64,000 nucleotides of DNA, taken from positions 12,871,763-12,935,762 of the forward strand of contig NC_081360.1 of the NCBI RefSeq assembly GCF_030684315.1, written 5' to 3'. The position numbers and the translations under genes are program-made. This DNA is from Stegostoma tigrinum (lineage: Eukaryota). The notes beneath the pieces are model-generated. The model was given only the letters and a program-made list of their open reading frames with translations. It was not told where the DNA came from and did not search any database. How positions within the stretch are numbered: position 1 is the first letter of the stretch; every line of letters starts with the position of its first letter. Of this stretch, positions 40,421-53,828 are shown one piece after another.

Positions 40421-40496
40421 TGGTTTTGTCAGATTCAATTAATTCACATCACTGATTCAGTCGAAAGATGGTGAATTGAAATCATCATTAAAACCA
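40421..40496 (-). ncRNA. SNORD51: Box C/D snoRNA SNORD51 (U51), intronic in EEF1B2
   Basis: Box C ATGATGA (40482-40488), guide TTCACCATCTTTCG complementary to the conserved 28S rRNA sequence CGAAAGAUGGUGAA, D' CTGA (40457-40460), C' GTGATGT, D CTGA (40429-40432), terminal stem TGGTTTT/AAAACCA. EEF1B2 is the known SNORD51 host gene. Confidence 0.92.
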
Positions 40497-40760
40497 CTGC
40501 ATTTCACAGCATTCATTTACTTAATGCTGATTCCTTGCAACTGCATTACAGAACATGATACATTAGGAATGAAACAAACTGAAGAACTGGTGTTGTTGTT
40601 CATCTATTATAGTATTTGCACAGCTGAACGTCTCCACATTCAACACACTTGACCCATAATAGGACATATCATACTAGGTTAAGGAGAATTTTAAACAAGT
40701 TGATAAAACATTAAGCACTCTTTACTAGAGATCACTAAACTTTGAAGTGACACTACATAC

Positions 40761-40827
40761 TTTTGGACTTCTTAGCTTCATATTGGGCTAGACGTTCTTC
40801 TTTAAGCCTTTTAGCCTCTGCACTTTC
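40761..40827 (-). CDS. EEF1B2: EEF1B2 coding exon 4 (ESAEAKRLKEERLAQYEAKKSK)
   Basis: 67 nt, canonical splice sites, phase-consistent. Confidence 0.96.
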
Positions 40828-41515
40828 CTGCAAGAAATAGATACAAGAAACTGTCAACTACACTTGTGGAACAATGTAGTAAAATATAGTTCTGACACTG
40901 CTTTCTCCTTACAGATGCTGACTTTTTGCCAGCAATTTGTTTCAGATCTCCAGCATCTGCAATTTTAATCAGATACAGTAGGGTATTCATTGGAGAAAGC
41001 ATAACCACAAAATCAGCCAAAGGATGACAAATGTAAAATCAAAAACAAGCGCCAGATGCTTGGAAATCATAAACAAACCAAGCCATTCTAAATTCAGTAA
41101 CCTCCGATTTGGAACCAAATCAGTTTCTCAGGCTGCCAGCAACCCCAATTTTATAGATAAATCTTTTTCAGCTGGTCACAATTGGATACTCCACAATCCT
41201 AGAGACAGAACAAACTTGGCTTCATTGTCTCAGCCACTAGTTTTTGAACAAATTCTGCAAATTTACAACAGTTATAAGCTGCTTTTGAAGTTAGTACAGT
41301 TACAGATACTTGGTGCCTCCACCATGCAGGAGGAGGTGTTTGAGGGCAAGTAATGTATCAAAGCTGAAGTCTTTCAAATTTGTATTTTTGAATTCAAGCA
41401 TACTTGAAAACAGTTACCAAAGTTTTCACGAGACTACAGAAAAAACATCCTTCAACTTTATCTCAATTCAGGCCAGGAGGGTTTAAGCAAGTACAAAGAG
41501 CTTCACTGAACCTAC

Positions 41516-41645
41516 CTCTTCATCATCAGATCCAAAGAGATCAATGTCATTGTCGTCATCATTGTCATCCACAGCTTTTGCTGTTGTTGTATCTGCTACA
41601 TTTTGTGGACCATATTTACTAAGGGGCTGCTTAACACCTGGAAGG
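41516..41645 (-). CDS. EEF1B2: EEF1B2 coding exon 3 ([13 protein letters not shown]...[11 protein letters not shown])
   Basis: 130 nt, includes the acidic CK2 site DLFGSDDEE. Confidence 0.96.
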
Positions 41646-43772
41646 CTAAGAATGGCTTAGAGTCAGAAATGCAAATAGGCAAGCAAACATCAGTATTTAG
41701 AACTTCAGAAGTAGTGACAGGATTTCCCACTTCTGCAGCCCAGCAAATTAATGCTGAAACACAAACAGTACAAATCTTGAAATTTCATTTGATACAAAAT
41801 CTGCTCTATTACAACCCCCATGATCTTGTCTTATCTACAAGACACTGTTGGTTTTGGAGTTGCAACCATTCTACCTCAAGTTAAAATTTCAATGAAGCCT
41901 TTAGAAATGAAGCTACTTTCCAGGTCAAGGGATTGCTGCTAATTTTGGAAACTTTCTGGAATCTTTCTGGAATTGGAATTCTCCAACTGGAAAATGAAAT
42001 TGGCATCTAACTCAAGCCTGCACTATAAATCAAGACATTTGGAAAACAATTAAATAGAAATAATCACTACACAAAAAAAAGCATAAATCCACAGATTTTA
42101 TATACAGCTCTGATGCAATGACTAGGCCATTAAAATCACTGGTTTGTGGCCTCAAAAGTTATGCTCTTCAAAGAGATAGAGTCGAGGGTGGCCTACAGAG
42201 ATCCAAAGTTTACACCATGGATCTAGATCAACAACTCGTGTATATTATGTAACACCTGCTGTCACTGCGTGTGGAAGGTCAAGATGATACAGCTCATCTA
42301 CTGATGGATCTCAATGGCAGTTGCCATGGCATGGGAACTATAAACCACAAGTCTCTGTTTCAGAGATGCAATATTTGACTAAAAACAGATCGAAGTTAAT
42401 TTAAGAGATGGTAGGAACTGCAGATGCGGGAGAATCTGATTTAACAAGGTGTAGAGCCAGGTGAACACAGCAGGCCAAGCAGCAGAGGAGCAGCTTTCCA
42501 GCTCTACACCGCTTTATCAAAGTTAATTCAAGTTCACTTTTTGTCAAATGACTTGCAAGACTGGTATAGACTACACAATGAAACTGCAATCATCCACACA
42601 ATGCAGGTCATCCATGATGACAGCAATCAGTTTAATTTAGACACAAAAGCAGCCACATTGCATTTGATAATCAGTAATGCAGGTTTTTCCTTGAAGTGAT
42701 CGACCAATGAAGTGTAAACACATTAGTATCAGTCTTTTGGGGGTACAGCTTGAAGTTGTCCCAAGATAAACTCAAGGGAAACTTTGGTCATTGAGTTTTG
42801 AAGTAGACAGGGTCAGAACAGGAGAAAGCAGAGAGCACAACCACTGATTTGGAGGCAGATCTAACCATAGTCAGGGTGGAAGAAATGAGTGGCCTAAGGA
42901 TGTGGAGAGAGTCTGGACGCATGAAGAAATTAAGGCTGTTGGGCGACTGATCAACTTAGGTGAGCAACCAGATGATGAGAAATAAAAACATGAAAAATGA
43001 AATAAAGATCGTAGATACTGGAAATTTTAAACAAAAAGAAACTGCTGGGGAAAGTCAGATCTGGCAGCATCTGTAGAAAAAGCATAGAGCCTGGGGATTG
43101 TTCTGCACGTGCATCTCGGAACGGATTTCTTTCTGCAGATGCTGCCACACTTGTAGTGTTTTGCCAACTGTTCATTATTTTAAATGGCATCTTCTTTGGC
43201 AGGCATCAAGACATCAACGGCAACAAATGTGCTAAGAGGGGGGTCCTGTTTGCATACCGAACGTTTCGATCGTCAGCAAGCCCCATCTTCAAAATGAGAC
43301 AGAGGCTAGCTGAATGTTCTTTGAAAGAGCCAGCACAAGCTTAGACCAAAAGAGCTCAAAATGATACATTATATGGCTTACAACAATTCAGTAGGTATGT
43401 TTGACTAATGAGATGATTAACTCAAGCAAATCATTCTCAGCTTGAAAGTGAACAGTTATCACAAGGTCATGTGAATTGTCAGTTAGAATGGACATTTCAA
43501 GTCCACAAGATGTTTAACAGACCTCATAACAGGAACATTCACCTCCGTGCAGATCAAAGGAAATGACACCCTCAACAGCCAGCCTGCATGAATGACCAAA
43601 TATACTACTGCACAACTTGAACAGCATTCCCCTGGATGATCTAACAGACATCAAAAAGGTCAAGTTATTAACCACACTGCAGCTGTTTTATCTTCCCAAT
43701 AGTTACACAGGCTGTAACCATAAATAGTGGGACTCAGTAGGTGTCAAACAGCTCATATCAAACATAACATAC

Positions 43773-43895
43773 CAAGCCTTGGTGCTTTCATAGGATTGGA
43801 TATGGTTGTACCAGCGAAGTGCATGGTGGAAGTCAGCTGATGGTGGAGCATCAAGAGCTTCAAACACAGCTATATCAGCTTGTGACGGAACATAC
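43773..43895 (-). CDS. EEF1B2: EEF1B2 coding exon 2 ([40 protein letters not shown])
   Basis: 123 nt, AG/GT boundaries, HALRWYNHI motif. Confidence 0.96.
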
Positions 43896-44633
43896 CTATA
43901 ACAAATTAGGAATTACTTTACAAAATCAAACAACATTGCCCCACAGACACACACAACTACTACTGCAAACAAAGTGAACCATCATGTCGAAGAGCTGAAC
44001 TTAAAAGAAAACAAGAGAGATAAATAAAACAAAACCTCATCTCGGGTGTTTGGAGAAATAGGGAATGGACAGCTGGGATGGGATTTGGGAGGAAAAAAAG
44101 TAGGAGACAGTCCAAGGGTGTTAGGAAGTGTCCTAGGGCAGGGGAAGACAGTAAGCAAGAGCGGTATATTTTGGGAGGGTATAGAAATCGAAAAGTCAGA
44201 TGGGGGCATGACAGCCCATAGCATTGAGATAAAATGGGGAGGGTGAAAGAGAAGCAAGAAGAAATTTACCCAGAAAAGATGCCAATACAGCAGCGGGTAG
44301 ACGAAGGGAAAGGGTAATGGAGGGCGGAGAATCGGGTGAAGAAAAACACGCCTGAGGATTGGGGCAGGGAAGAGCAAAAAAAAGGGGTGGGGGCGCGACG
44401 GAAGAAGGGCAACGGCTAAGACACGATCAGAAGTAACTTTCAGCTGTAACGCGTCCCAAGGAAGCGTGCCGAGGGCGTGAAGGGTCGACGTGGTGAACAG
44501 TCCGAATCGGGTCGCCTACTAGCCTAGATCCTTATCCAGCTGGCGGCGTGAGGGCCTCAGGCCGGCATGTGCCAACATCAGCCCCCTCCCCCTCCAACCG
44601 ATCCCGTCCATCCTCAAGAGCGGCCTTACCCAC

Positions 44634-44713
44634 CCCTCGATGTAGCTCCGGTCCGCCAGGTAGTCGTTCAGCACCTGGAGGCCGGAGGGAGATTTGAGAT
44701 CGCCGAATCCCAT
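44634..44713 (-). CDS. EEF1B2: EEF1B2 (elongation factor 1-beta) coding exon 1, [27 protein letters not shown]
   Basis: Canonical EF1-beta N-terminus, 80 nt, donor GG|GTGGGT. Confidence 0.96.
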
Positions 44714-44819
44714 GTCCAAGAGAGAGGTAGAGAATAGTGGGGTGGTAGGTGACGGGCAGGCCGGTGGACTTTGCAGCTCCTAAACTCCGATTGCTTCGCC
44801 ACCGCGAGCGGCAGCCGTT

Positions 44820-45300
44820 ACAAAAAGGGCGACCGACCACGCGCGCCGCCTTTATATCCTCGCCGGAAAGAGGGTCGGGGGGGCGGAGCCTAAAAAAAAC
44901 AAGAAAATAATCCAAAACAAACACGACCACCCTCCCGCAACCGAACACATTTTTGAAATTAAAGTTAAGCTGCGACGGGCTCGCCTCGGGAAAGTTCACG
45001 TCGACTTTTGGGAGGGGGAGGGTGGAGACGGAAATAGCCGAAGCCTGTGTTTTTTAAAAGGAAACCCACCCCACGCAACCAACACCCGATTTTATTTACG
45101 CGTTTCCTTACGGTTATAAAGCTGAGTTGCGGCAGGAGGAGAGGAAGGGGAATGTTAAATCGGGAACGTTGTGATTTTGCGGGTTTTTTTCCGACGACGC
45201 CCGTCTTTCCGGAGATTGCCGAGTGGTGGTCGGATGGAGCCGAGTCCGAGCCGCCATTGCACCGCTGTTCTGGTTGGGGAGGCTAAATAGCGAAACGAGT
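44820..45300. promoter_or_regulatory. Bidirectional CpG promoter EEF1B2 (-) / NDUFS1 (+)
   Basis: Minus-strand TATAAA (44851-44856) about 28 nt upstream of a CCCTTTTT 5'TOP start (44822-44829), GC box GGGGCGGAGC 44880-44889, YY1-like GCCGCCATT 45250-45258, CpG-rich, divergent genes on either side. Confidence 0.8.
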
Positions 45301-48012
45301 GTTGCTGGTGGCAGAGAGCAACGTCTGATATTGGCTACTCTTGTCTGTGATTAACTGAGGTAGTTGGTGTGCTCGGTGGAATAATTTCGCGACCCTGTTC
45401 TGGTGTCTGTCGGTTGCAGACCCAGGTTTGTGGGCTTTGCCCTTGAGCAGAATCTTTGAGTTTTGCCTGAGAGGTTTGTGAACCGTCTGACTCTCCTCTC
45501 TGCGTGTGAGTGTTGGTCAGGTTGAACTGACAGTTTTAATGCGACGCTGTTTGTAAACACAGTCTTTCTTTCCCCAACACTTCCACCCGTCCTTTTTTTA
45601 AAAAAAATATGATTTAACCTACCTTGTTCTCTTATTTCCCCGTCAGTAGCTAATGATTTCATTCTGCATTGTGTTGAAATCAAGGTGTGTAGACTGAGCT
45701 ATGATTTCCAGTATTTTTTTTTTGTTTTCTGTACCGATTCCAGCATCTACAGTAGTTTGCGGCTGAACACACTGAGACTAATTGGCTGTAGGACTGTTGA
45801 AGAGTCACTGGACCCGAAACATTAACTTTTTTTCTCACAGATGCTGCCAGACCTGCTGAACTTTTCCAGCAACTTCTGTTTTTGTTCGAAACGTTATCAC
45901 TTGGTTTCCCTCCAAAGATGCTACCGTATCTGCTGAGTTTCTCCGGCAGTTTGTTTGTTTTTGTTTCTGGCTTACGTCGTGCACAGTTGTTTGTCTTTTT
46001 TGTGTGAGTAGATGCTGCCCAAAGCCATCCCACAATAACAACAGATATCCTCAGAATCTTCCTTGTCATCTCAAATGTCAGGTTGAAGCCTCCCATTCAG
46101 AACCTTGAGTGACAAATCAATCGCGTTTTTTAAAGGCTGTGATTTTTTTCTGCTGAAACCACAAGCTGTCTGCTACTGGGTAGACTTAAAAACTTCCTTC
46201 AAATATTTTGAAGAGTAACGAAATTATCCCTGTTTCTTGCTGAATGTGTTGTGTTTGCTTAACTAGCTTCACAGTGTTGTTTCTGTGACCTTGCTGTGTA
46301 AACATTTGTGGTGTTTCCTACACAAGAACAGTAACAATTTTAGGAATGTTTTCTTCAATGTTAAAACACTTTCACATGATGTGATAGATGCTATCATAAA
46401 ATTTATTTTTGCTGCCATTATTCTCTGAAATGCATGGTGAATTTAATGCCTTTGGTTGATATAGCTTTTTTTTATTCGTTTGGGGATGTGGTTTTGATTA
46501 GCAAGGTTAATATTTATTGCCATCCCTATTTGTCCTTGCAAAACTGGTGGTGATCTGTTTTCTTGAACTGCTGTAGTTATTGTGTGGTTTAGGAGGAGGT
46601 TTTGGGATTTAGACCTCCATAGCACTCACCAAGGAATGGTGATTATATTTTGAATTCAGGATGGTGAGTGCTATGGGTGAAAACTTGCAGGTGGTGATGT
46701 TACATTCATCTGCTCCCTTTCCTAGAGAAGCAGCTGCCGTCATTGGTTTGGCAGGTGCTGTCGAGGCAGATTTGGTGAGTTGCTGCAGTTGGGATCGGCT
46801 CTGAAACAATATTGGTGTTTTTGTGGAGGATACCTGCAATCAACATCACTTGATTCCTTCTAAGCTACCAGTTCAATCCTTGGTGCAATATCTCACTTTT
46901 GCCTCACTGTGAAATCAGTGTTCCTTTTGTTGCCATATAAAATTGCTCTATATGGGATTGTCTTAAACTCCTGCACATCTTCACTTGTATTGTTTATTTG
47001 ATCCTAAGCACCTAGTGATAAGGTTCTAAGCGCACATTTCACTAAACATCCACTTACAGGCCGTGAACTGGCTAATCACAAATGCAAGTATAGTATATCA
47101 ATGACTAAAAATAGGAATTTGACTTACCTGCCATGTATATCCCGAAACGTGATTTTTGGGGCTAGAGAAACGTGACCATGTTGTGCTGAATCAATGCTAA
47201 GTTCTGCAATTTTGTAGAATCGGTAGTGAATGTTTTCAAATTGACCATTTTTCATGAAATGGTAGCTAAAGGGTGCAATCTGGCCTAACATGCTTCAGCC
47301 ATCATATGTTGCTTCAGTTTAGTGCAAAACCCTGCATAAGATAACATATATTGTTAATTATAAGCTGGGCATTCTGTAATTTTGAATGCTAATATCCTCA
47401 GACTGACGCAGAATAATATTTGAGTTGTTTCAGTAGATCACCCCAGTGTTTCATCAATAATCAGTGTCCACAGATTAGAGCAAGCAGGCTTGCTATCTTT
47501 TGGTGATGTACTGAATCTTGGCATCTTCAGATCCTGATTGTTCAAGGTTTTTGTTGCTGACAGAATCAGCTTGGTGAGAGTGGCAGAAAGGTGGCTGAGA
47601 ATCTTCAAATATTGCTGTTCCTTCAGTGTCACTGGGTCAAAATCCTGCAATTCTCTCCCAAATAGCACTATGGGTCTATCAGCACCAAATGAACTATAGC
47701 AGTTCAAGAAGGCAGATCATCATCACTTTCTCAAGGGTGACTATGTACAAACAATGAATGATGGCCCAACCAGTGCCATCCATGTCCCTTAAGTGAATTG
47801 AAAAAAATGCCAAGTTTCTCACAGCTCAGATTTCAACCTTGAGCAACAAAGGAAACATACTTCCACTTATGATCCTAACCTCAAAAAGGATAACTTCGAT
47901 CAAGAATTCCTGAATGGGGGCTTTATATTAATTTTTCTGTTCTAGTATAGAACAGCCTGAGCAACACTTGTGACCATTAAGTGAACTCTTGCTGTTTATG
48001 CAGGTCTCAATC

Positions 48013-48094
48013 ATGCTGCGATTACCTGTGCTTCGCAAGGCGTTAACAGGTGTTTCCCAATCTGCCAAAGATATCCTGGGAACAAAGAATAATG
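48013..48094 (+). CDS. NDUFS1: NDUFS1 first coding exon (mitochondrial transit peptide MLRLPVLRKALTGVSQSAKDILGTKNN)
   Basis: Acceptor tttatgcAG|gtctcaatcATG, donor G|GTATGA, basic amphipathic presequence. Confidence 0.9.
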
Positions 48095-49085
48095 GTATGA
48101 AAACTACTGTGATCAACAATACAGCTGATCTTAAAAGAATTTCATGCACACATTTACAAGGGTACAATAAAATGATCACTTTTTTTGTCATGCTTGTGCT
48201 AAAAATGAATGAGAGCTAATTTCTTATTGATTTGCCCTCTGGATTTTGGCTTTTCTGACCTGACCAAGTTTATTGACAGCCCTTGTTTCCTATGAGAAGA
48301 TAGCAATCAGCAGTTATAAGTACTGGGCTTGCTGGGAGCCATCAGTGAGCTTTTAGTGTCACCATATTCTATGGGTCTGCATCATGTTTAGCTGGCAAGG
48401 TCTGAATTGCATCAGTGAAATGTCTACATTTTGAAAACAATCCTTTCATGATGCCTTAATTTCAATATATGGGGAGAATGTTGATTCCTTATTTTCCTTT
48501 TTTCTGTCTCATTCTGTTGCAGTATAAGTTTAACAGCACTGAAAGCCCCACACGGTCGAATACTTCTCAACTCTTGATTATGCCCTTTTCCTGCTTCCAT
48601 ATTGCATAATCTTTTGCAAAGCAGCCACCCTCTGTTTTCCACCCTCACCTTCCATGACAAATTTTTGAATTATAATATTACCATTCCTGGGAGTTACAGC
48701 ATGTGTAGAACGTAATGAGTTTCTTCCATCAAGTGACCAAAGGAGCTTCTCGTTGAAGTGTCACATCAAAGGAAATTATCTCCAATGTGCATCTCTAGTC
48801 TTTAGATATTCAGATTTGATATACTTAACCTGTATCTTTGTACATTTTGTCCACTTTGCCACACCACAACACGCCATAGCCCTGCCCACCCCAACCCAAG
48901 CTCAGTCACTGGCAGTGACCTTGTTTGGAAAATACCGCTCGAGTAACAGAAACCAAATGGATTATTCATTTGCGCACTGCAATCCCAAAATGACACTTTG
49001 TAAAGTTATTTTATTCGTGTCTTTGTAAAAATTTTCTTGCTGGTACAACAAAATCATTGGTAAACTTCCTTATTTTACTTTTCAG

Positions 49086-49177
49086 CTCGCAGCACTGCTA
49101 CAGCAGCGAGCAACCTGGTTGAAGTGTTTATTGATGGCAAGCAGGTGATGGTGGAGCCTGGAACCACTGTTCTGCAG
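49086..49177 (+). CDS. NDUFS1: NDUFS1 exon ([30 protein letters not shown])
   Basis: 92 nt, canonical sites, N-terminus of the complex I 75 kDa subunit. Confidence 0.96.
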
Positions 49178-49841
49178 GTACAGTTGCGAACCTAAGCATT
49201 GTGAATTTAGGCCTAGGTCGTGCTGGAAAGGATTAAAAAGAGATTCCTGCAGACATTTACTTCAGCGGAATAGGAAAGTCAGAAACAAGTAAAATTGCAC
49301 GTGGATCAATCTTTGGACATTCAGCATAATGCCAGTATTTATTACTGTTGTTTAATCTTGTGTTCCTAGAGTTTCTGAACTGCAGAATCTTGCAATCCAC
49401 AAATAGGACCCAGTTGGCTGGGCTTTGACTAGATTAATGGGGGCAAAAGTACTGTATGTTACCTATAGGTTGAAATGTGGATACTCTTTCTGCAATAAGT
49501 GGGAGATAGTCACATGTCAAGCTGTGCTTATGGCACAAAAATAGATGTCATTGTAAATGGAAGTGTAAAATTACAGCGATATTGATGAACTAACTATAAG
49601 CAAAAGTGTAATAAGAGTTTTGATATAGATTAGTGCGAGAAAATCCACTTTGGAAATAAAAAGGATAGGTCTCCATACTCTTTTCATGAAACACTAGACA
49701 CAGTGAAGATCCATATACCCAGTCTGTCACAATGCCATGGACATGTACAGAAAATAATCAAGGAAGCCAATGGAATTATCAGTTTTGTATTGAGAGGGTG
49801 TCAATATAAGAGGAAAATTTGTGTTTCAACAACACTACATT

Positions 49842-50385
49842 AGAACATAAAACAGTACAGGCCCTCTGGCCCATGATGTTGTGCCAAACTTTTACCTTAA
49901 CGCTAAGGCCTATTTAACCTCCACCCTTACCTTATACTATTGTCCACATGCCTATCTATTAACCGCTTAAATGCCCCTAATGAGGCCGACTCCACTACCC
50001 TCTCCGGCAGTGCATTCCACACCCCTACCACTGTCTCGGTGAAGAACTTGCCTCTGCCTCCCCTGTATCTACCTCCACTCACTTTAAAACTATGCACCCT
50101 CATAACAGTTGCCTCCACCCTCAGAAAAAGTCTCTGGCTGTCTACCCTGTCTATACCTCCGATCATTTTGCACACCTCTATCAAGTCACCTCTCATCCTT
50201 CGTCATTCTAAAGAGAAAAGCCTTAGCTCTCTCAATCTTTCCTCGTAAGACCTTCCCTCCATTCCAGGCAACATCTTAGTAAATCTCTGCACCTTTTCCA
50301 ACGCCTCCACATCTTTCCTGTAATGAGGCGAACAGAACTGGACACAATACTCCAGATGTGACCAAACCAGGCTTTTGGATAGCTG
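49842..50385 (-). mobile_element. CR1 LINE 3' fragment
   Basis: MRGDLIEVCKMIGGIDRVDSQRLF...VVGVWNALP remnant. Confidence 0.85.
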
Positions 50386-50611
50386 TCGCAGTTTTAGTTA
50401 ATAAACATCAGGAGTGCTGTGTTAATTTCTGGACACTCCACCTTTGGATAGATATGTTGGTTTTAGTTGGATTATGATTTAGGTTTACCAGAATTATGCT
50501 GGATTCCCATGGATTAAATTATGACAGGTTGCATAAACCAGGATAGTATCCTCTCATGTTGCAAAATTTGAAGGGAGATGTGATTGAAATTTTCAAGGCC
50601 AGAGGTCACTG

Positions 50612-50710
50612 ACACCATGTTATAGTCCAGCAGGTTATTTCACCTGATGAAGGAGCAGCGCTTCAGAAGCTTCTGATTTGAAATAAACCTGTTGAGCCAT
50701 AACCTGGTGT
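50612..50710. repeat. Small hairpin repeat with a degenerate hammerhead core in its loop
   Basis: Arms caccatgttatagtccagcaggttatttca / tgaaataaacctgttgagccataacctggtg around CACCTGATGAAGGAGCAGCGCTTCAGAAGCTT. Confidence 0.6.
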
Positions 50711-51374
50711 CATGCGACTGGTACCCCCACATGACGAAATTTTCAAAAAAGAGAAACAGAGTTTTTCTCTATCTATCCTATTTTGGCTGGTTTTGGAGGT
50801 TTTAAGATATGGAGCAGAGACTAAAAATAGAGTTACGTATAAGATCTCGACCGATTATGATATGTCTTTTGCGATTAACTGACAATACAAGCTTAGTTCA
50901 CTTGGCTGGTTTGCAATGCAGAGTGACACCAACAGTATGGGCTCAATTCCCACTGGCTGAGGTTACTATGAGGACCTTCCTTCTCAACCACTCCCTTACC
51001 TGGGGCGTGGTGACCCTCAGGTTAAACCACATCAGTCATCTCTCTGTAATGAGAGTGCAACATGTTGTCCTGTAGGACTAGAGCAGCTTTACCTTTAACT
51101 CTGTGCCGCATAACATTATCCAGGTATCCATCAACTCATTAGGTAACAAAATGAAGAGCTGGATGAACACAACAGGCCAAGCAGCATCAGAGGAGAAGGA
51201 AAGCTCAAACCTAGACCCTGTTATCTCAGATTCTCCAGCATCTGCAGTTCCTACTATCTCTGAAACAACTCGTTAGATAAACAGTTTTCCCTATTTAAAC
51301 AAGAAAACATGCCTATGAAAAGTAAATTATTTATTTGTTTTCCATTTTGTGATCAATCCATTTGTCTCTTCTGA

Positions 51375-51530
<156 letters not shown>

Positions 51531-52156
51531 TGAATATGCTGGACGAGATGGGCAATAGAAAGTGATGGGTAGGGAAATAAATTCCATTGTCATAAAATTG
51601 AATACTTACTTCAGTAAGAGGATTTTTGTGCCTGGGAAACGATGATCTTCCTACAGGAAAACAGTAGTGAGTCAACTGAGAAATAGAGTGCAATCAACAT
51701 TGTACAATGCCATTCAACACCTCCCTCTGACTGACTCTGTCTTTTTTTTATTCCTCCTTACCCCTCATGACGGAATACTTTCTTTACTTGCCAACACTTA
51801 AAATGCAGAATTGTCCCCTCTGTTGATAATGTGCTGTTGGAGGTGGGACACTGCACACTTTTTACAAAGAAAAGAGTATCAATTTAAAACATGTTCATGT
51901 TCCTGAAAAGTAAAAGATAATTTATTTCAGAAATTACAACTAACTTCCAAAACAGGTCAACAACAAGACCCCCTTCTTAAAAAGGGATTAAATAAAAAAT
52001 ACTACAGGGTTTGAATCTCCCTGATCAAACCATAAATATTGAAGAGGCAATTATGAATAATTATATTATGTCCATATGAGTTACTTTCTGATTTAACATA
52101 TTGCTGTTATTTTGATAATTTAACTGAGTGCCAATTAGGTTTGCTTTTCTTTTTAG

Positions 52157-52233
52157 CCTGTAGCTGCCTGTGCTATGCCTGTGATGAAAGGGTGGAATAT
52201 TCTTACCAACTCGGAGAAAAGCAAGAAAGCCAG
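52157..52233 (+). CDS. NDUFS1: NDUFS1 exon ([26 protein letters not shown])
   Basis: 77 nt, canonical sites. Confidence 0.96.
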
Positions 52234-53828
52234 GTATAGTATGTTACCAGCAAAAATGACCTCCGTTCCCATTATTCTAAATTCCCAAGACTTGGAAAAA
52301 TAAAGAATAAAAAATAAACTTGTTACCTTACCAATCAGGCACACAGAACCTTTTTTTGGTTAGAGGAGGAGGATGGGTGGGAGACACTACCCGGGTAGTG
52401 TTTCAGGTAACGCAGCCACACAAATATATTACCTCATTCACTCACCAGTAATTCTGGGCAGCTTGTTTAAGGCAGGATGTTAAGGAAGGAGTTCAAAGGA
52501 GATTTGCTAGAATTATACTAGGAATGAAGAATTTTCAGCACAAGGACAGATTAGAGAGATTGGGCTTACTCTCCTTGTGCAGCAAAGATTAAGAGATGGA
52601 TTTATTGAGGATTGGGTTAACTCTGCTTGGATCAGAAGATCAAGGAGTGACCTTATTGAAGTTCTCAAAATTATGAGCCGTTTAGACAGGGTAAAGAAGG
52701 ATATCTGTTTCCACTATTTGGCCCATCAGTAACTGGGGATCACAATTGCAAAACTGTTGGCAAGAGAGCTTGGAGTGAGATCATGAGGAACTTATTTGGA
52801 ATGTGCTGCCTGGAAGAGTGATCACAAATTCCAAAGGGTTTCAAAAGAGACCTGGATAAAAATTTGCAAGTGGTGAAGTTAGAAGTTTCAGAAAAAAGGC
52901 TGGAGAGTGGGACTCACTGGGTTGTTCTTTCAGGGGCCGGTACAGATATGTTGGATCAAATGGCCTCATTCTGTACTTCAAAATTCTATGAATCTCTATT
53001 GGTGTCACTCTGCATCAAAAACCAACCACCTGGGCTAACTGACTCCCCACTCTGGGCTAACCATGTCTTTCTCTACTCCAGTTCAGAGAGTGAGGCTGAC
53101 TTGATTGAAATGTATAAGTTCTGGAATGATCTTGACGTTGCGGAATAAAATAAAACAAAGAACGTATGTTGGAGTTCTGATACGAATGAAAGCAGAAATT
53201 GCTGGAGCTTCAGAATCACTGGACTCGAAACATTAACTCTGTTTTCTCTGCATAGAATCTGCCAGACCTGCTGAGCTTCTCCAGAAATTTCTGCTTTTGT
53301 TTTTTGACATGGCAGATATGGAAAGAATGTATACGCTTGTGGGTCAGTCCAGAACTAGGACACCATTATAGAATTAGGGGAGACACTTTTTGGTTCAAGA
53401 TAAATTTTTCACAGTGGGTTATGCGATGTTGGGACATTCTGCCCCAGAAGGTGGTAAAGACAGGGTTATTAAATGTGTTAAGAGAGATGGAGAGGCAGGG
53501 GAATCAAATATTGTTGTGGGTAGATGGGAATTTGTAAATTGTAACGAAGACTGCTCATACAGGATCTTAATGGATGGCACAGCAGGCCTGGGCCGGGGGT
53601 GGGGGGATGCGAATGATCAACTTCTGTTCCTATTTGCTATGTTAGTATTATTGTCAGTTGGTGGAAATATTAATTGGGTTTATTGTTGATAGCAATTTGG
53701 GTCAATGTTTAAAAGGTTTGGCAAGATCTTGCCTTTCATGAGGGGATCAAGAAGTTTGAGCCACATTTTTAAAAATAAAAGGTCTCTCCTTAATGTCATA
53801 AATGAGGTGGAATATTCCCCAGTCTCTG

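Noticed and set aside
41310-41350. CAAACACCTC match to a recalled SNORA41 guide segment
   Set aside because: Only 10 nt; the surrounding stem and ACA box are missing.
41790-41870. H/ACA-like hairpin followed by AGAGCA on the minus strand in an EEF1B2 intron
   Set aside because: No convincing second hairpin or terminal ACA box; needs snoGPS/cmsearch.
43982-44377. 131-aa hydrophobic/proline-rich ORF in EEF1B2 intron 1
   Set aside because: Product of pyrimidine-rich low-complexity intron sequence.
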